A stretch of DNA of 64,000 nt, taken from assembly GCA_013239625.1 (NCBI GenBank), contig MU054001.1, positions 5,567,078 to 5,631,077 of the forward strand, in the 5' to 3' direction. Under the pieces are notes generated by a model, which worked only from the letters and a program-made list of their open reading frames with translations, was not told where the DNA came from and did no database searches. The stretch is from Lama guanicoe (Eukaryota). Position numbers and translations under genes: made by a program. This document shows, piece by piece, positions 60,084-64,000 of the stretch; positions within the stretch are counted from its first letter, which is position 1, and each line of letters begins with the position of its first letter.

Positions 60084-63000
60084 GTGGGATTCAAGCACCT
60101 TTGAAAGGGACCCAGCCCATCGTCCTGACACTTGATGAATGTGATAACCTGGCCATAAATTAGCTCAGCTAGGGAATACTGCCCCCTGGCCCAGGGCCCT
60201 CCAAAACCTCCACCCAGGCTGCAGGCTCAGGGGCCGAGGCTTCCCACAGGAGGAAGGACAGGGTGCCCCAGGAAGGAGTTTGTTAAGATCGGATTCCTGG
60301 GCAACAGCTGGACCCAATTTAGCTGCAGAACATTGACAGCAAGGCCTGGCCGCCAGCCAGCACCCCACAGGAGGCCAGAGCCTGCCATCCCTTTTCCACG
60401 GAGATAGAGTTGCTAAGGTCTCACCCTGGGCCCACCCAGCCCCTTCGCGCCTTCTGAGCAGCCTAAGGAAGGAGAGGGAGCAACTAGCCCTTGCTGGCCA
60501 CCCAAACTTCGTCTTCTGCACACTTGGCTCCCTGCCCGCCTCTCAGGCTTTCCCAAACACTGGAGTGATTACCATGGTTCTCTGACTGCTTGGATTTTAG
60601 GGTTCCACCTAGTGAAAAGGGACACATGCATAATCCACACACAGGTGCACGTACACACACCACGCCGCTCACTGGCATTGGATTTCTACCATGCCCTGCA
60701 CTTGGGAACCGCAGGCCCCAACGCAAACAGAACATCTAGCCCAGTCCTTATTGTCCACAGAAGGGCAGGGACTTGGCAAACATCAACCAGCAAAGCAGGT
60801 CCCCATCTCTGTATTCCTCTGAGAATAAATAATATTAATTAATGATAATAGTAACATGTTTACTGGGTGCCTAACTTAAACTAGATCCCCGATGGGTATC
60901 TGAAATCCAGTCGTTCTTTTAAATTAATCCTCAAAATGACTGGAGACTTGGTAAGGCTAAATATTTCCTCCAAAGCCACATACTTAATAAGCAGTGAAGC
61001 TGGGAATCAAACTCAGTCTGCCTGACATCAAAAGACAGGATTTCCTCTGCTGCAGGTCAGATGTCTGAAATTCCACCATTCAATCTTCCCAGGCCCTGTG
61101 ATTAAAATGCAAATGTCCCTGGAAAGGTCCTGCCTTAAGGCATCCCCAGCCAAGGCCTGAGGGGAGCAGGGGGTACGGACAGCAGAAGGGGGCGTAGCAC
61201 CTTCCACAAGGAGGTGAAAGGGTGTGAGGGACACATTATCCAGCCTTTCCAACTTGTCAGCCTCAGAGATGTGAGTTGGAGGTGGAGGCTCCCGAAAATG
61301 CCTTCCTGGGAAGTGATCTCTTCTGTGGGAGGACAGTTTTCCGTCTGTGCTGCTCTGGGACAGGGTGTAGGGAACCAGGGCTCCAGGCACCGAGAATGGG
61401 GGACACAGATGACCTTTGGGGGGGGTCATTTATATCAAGAGATTTTCAAATGTGCTTACTTTATGACCCTGTCTTACTGTCCAGACCTCCTTGCTGAGCT
61501 CAGAGCACTGAGTACATCCAGCGCTCAATAAATAAGTGACAAAGAGCGTGTTATTAAATAGTACGGAGACAATGCTCCCAAAGACCTATCTGTCTCGGGA
61601 TTGTGAGTGACGTGCATGTCCCCGGGGTTTGCTCTCATCTTTTCTTGTTGTCTGTTTGTTTTTTCACGTTGACATATATAAGGCCATTGTTCTAGTCTCT
61701 CTGATATTTACCTCCCCCTCTTTTTGATAACTACACCCCCAGTTTCCCTCCCATACAATCAGCCCACGTAATCCAGGCGGGTGGACACGTGACCTAGGCA
61801 TAGCCAACAAGAAGCCTCCCAGTTGGCTGCAATGATTGGTAGAGGGATGAGCACAGTGCCTCCAACTAGGTCGATGGGATTCAGTTCTGAGACCTGCCGG
61901 AACTACTGGGAACAAGACACCCATTTTCACGGAAGTTACCAAGCTGGCAGGAGGTGAGCCTGGTGCTGTCGGCAGCCATCCTGCCACTCAGCCCACCTCA
62001 GGGGTGGGGGGTGCCCTCTTTGCTCATTATGGGGGTCGGGTATGAAGTGGGAGCTGAGTTCTTCCTGACGCTCAAACGCGGCATCGTAAGTTCCACCGTC
62101 ATTGTTCCTTCGGCTCATGTAGGCCTTCTCAACTCGAAATGGCAATGCTGGCAGGAAACACTGCATGGGTTAATAACTAAAGTCAATCAGAATCCTCCCA
62201 TTTGGGCCCACTTTCTGTGGGGCTTGATGAAAACAACACGAAGGCCGGCAGTGAGGTCGGCAAGATCAAGGACCGGCTGCCCGCATCCGAGTTCTTCTGT
62301 CCATCCCCTGTAACTGCTGGAACGTATGAAAAAATTCCCCTGGGGTGAGTGGGGGTGGCGAGGGCACATGAGGGTCAGGATGCTTTAAGAAAGTAGAGAG
62401 AAAATGTGAGATTGTGGTATAAGAAGCAGGTGGAATGAGAAAAGATCTTACTGGGCCTGAAGAATTTTAAAGGCACAGATCGACTTCCAGGAAGTCTGTC
62501 CATGTTAGAAGCCAGAGCTTTTGCTCCTTGCTCTAAGCAATACGTAGGCAGTTTGTGCTTCTGGGTTGGGCAACAACCAGAAGTAGCCAGCAGAAGCTAA
62601 AAGCGCTTCTGAATTGTTTTGTTTTAGGTTCTGCATATGGATCTGGCAGAAGTCACAGGGAGGCAGAAGCAGGGATGGGACTGGGGAGAAATACACCCCC
62701 TTCACGTTCACTCTCACCGTCAAACGTTCAACCAGGTGCTGACATCATAGGGCATCAATGAAAGTATGTCTATTTTTTTTCTTCTCCATTGGAGTTCCAT
62801 CTCGTAAGAAGTCGGGGCTGTGGATTAAGGATGAGGTGGTTAAAGCCTTAGATTACAGGCCTTTCTTAGTCTTTTGCAGGAGGAAAGTGCCTTCTCCAGG
62901 TAAACAGATTGCCCGTGGGGGAGCCTAAACTTCCACTTTGATATCTTCAGAGTTTGGTCCCACTGGTTTGGAACTAAGATTCTGGTTGATGTGACAGGCC

Positions 63001-63569
63001 ACTGCTGTTCAACACACTCCTTTCTTATTCTTGTGAAAAGCTCTTAAAGGGATTTGGAGTTTATTTTTGAGTTAGGATATGTCTCACTTTTTCCTTATTA
63101 TGAAAAACATTGTGCTAGTCTTGGGCCTGAAGAATTATAAATGTGTGATTTTAGTTAAGAATGTGCTTTTCATTTTTCTTAGACGCTTTCTTACTTCATA
63201 GCTAGTTTTCAGTGTCTGACACCACGTTGGCAGAGACCAGCAGGAAAGGAAAGGGATGTAAGTTGGCAACATGCCTGGAAATGAGAGAGAGAAAAAGTTC
63301 TCCCTCACTGGAGTCGCTAAACTTAGCCACGGCTACAAAGAAAGAAATATTCTTATGCCACTCATTTTTCTTTTGTCAAAGTAACACAAACATGTTTAAG
63401 AAGATCAAGTGATACAGAAGGGGTAATAATGAAACGTTAGTTGTTTCTTGTTTCCACCCAAGTTCCGCTCCTGCTCCTAAGAGGGAATCACTTTCAAGTG
63501 TGGCTTTCGGTGGACCCGTCCGTGTCTCTCATACTCCACCTACGTAGCTGTTTCTGTTCTTGATTTTGT

Positions 63570-64000
63570 TTTGTTGCAGTATAATTCACATGAAAATAAA
63601 TTCATCATTTTAAAGAGTACGATTCAGTGATTTTTTTTGGTATATTCATACAGTTGTGTGACCATCACCACTAATTCTAGAACATTTTCATCACCCCTCC
63701 AAAGAAAACCATATTCATTAGCACTCATTCCTCATTACTCCTCCCCCCAGCCCTTACAGTTACTCATCTACTTTGTGTGTCTATGGATTTGACTCTTCTG
63801 GACATTTCATACAGATAGTCACACAATATGTAACTTTTTTTTATAATTGATTTACAATGTTGTGTTAGTTTTCAGGTGAACAACAAAGTGATTCAGTTAT
63901 ACATATATATCTATTCTTTTTCAGATTCTTTTCCACTATGAGTTATTACAAAATACTGACTACAGTTCCCTGTGCTATACAGTAGGTCTTTGCTGTTTAT
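63570..64000 (-). mobile_element. Antisense L1 3' ends (L1MB-like 63570-63833; a second L1 3' end 63834-64000)
   Basis: gtataattcacat...ccatcaccactaattctagaacattttcatcacc; then ttgatttacaatgttgtgttagtttt...gttccctgtgctatacagtagg. Confidence 0.8.

Overview
Mammalian genomic DNA, probably camelid, judged from its tRNA-derived SINE and L1 3' ends (inference). Positions ~1-23.6 kb hold six + strand coding exons of N4BP1 (exons 2-7 by human numbering; exon 1 lies upstream), all with GT-AG junctions in phase, followed by the 3'UTR. Intron 4 carries a 4.4-kb sense-oriented L1 that splits the NYN RNase domain. The remaining ~40 kb is gene-free and repeat-rich. It includes a nested L1 cluster at 41-50 kb: an old L1 with an internal inversion that hosts a younger L1, a SINE and an AEBP2 processed pseudogene. 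The most striking element is a TSD-flanked retrocopy at 51865-52435. It begins at the 5' end of the H/ACA snoRNA SNORA70, keeps the rest of its RPL10 intron, and continues through the last two RPL10 exons (spliced) to a poly(A) tail. It therefore looks like a fossil of a 5'-snoRNA-ended, polyadenylated RNA, with boxes, stems and the 18S guide pocket still intact. Repeat subfamily names and comparisons to human come from recall, not database searches.
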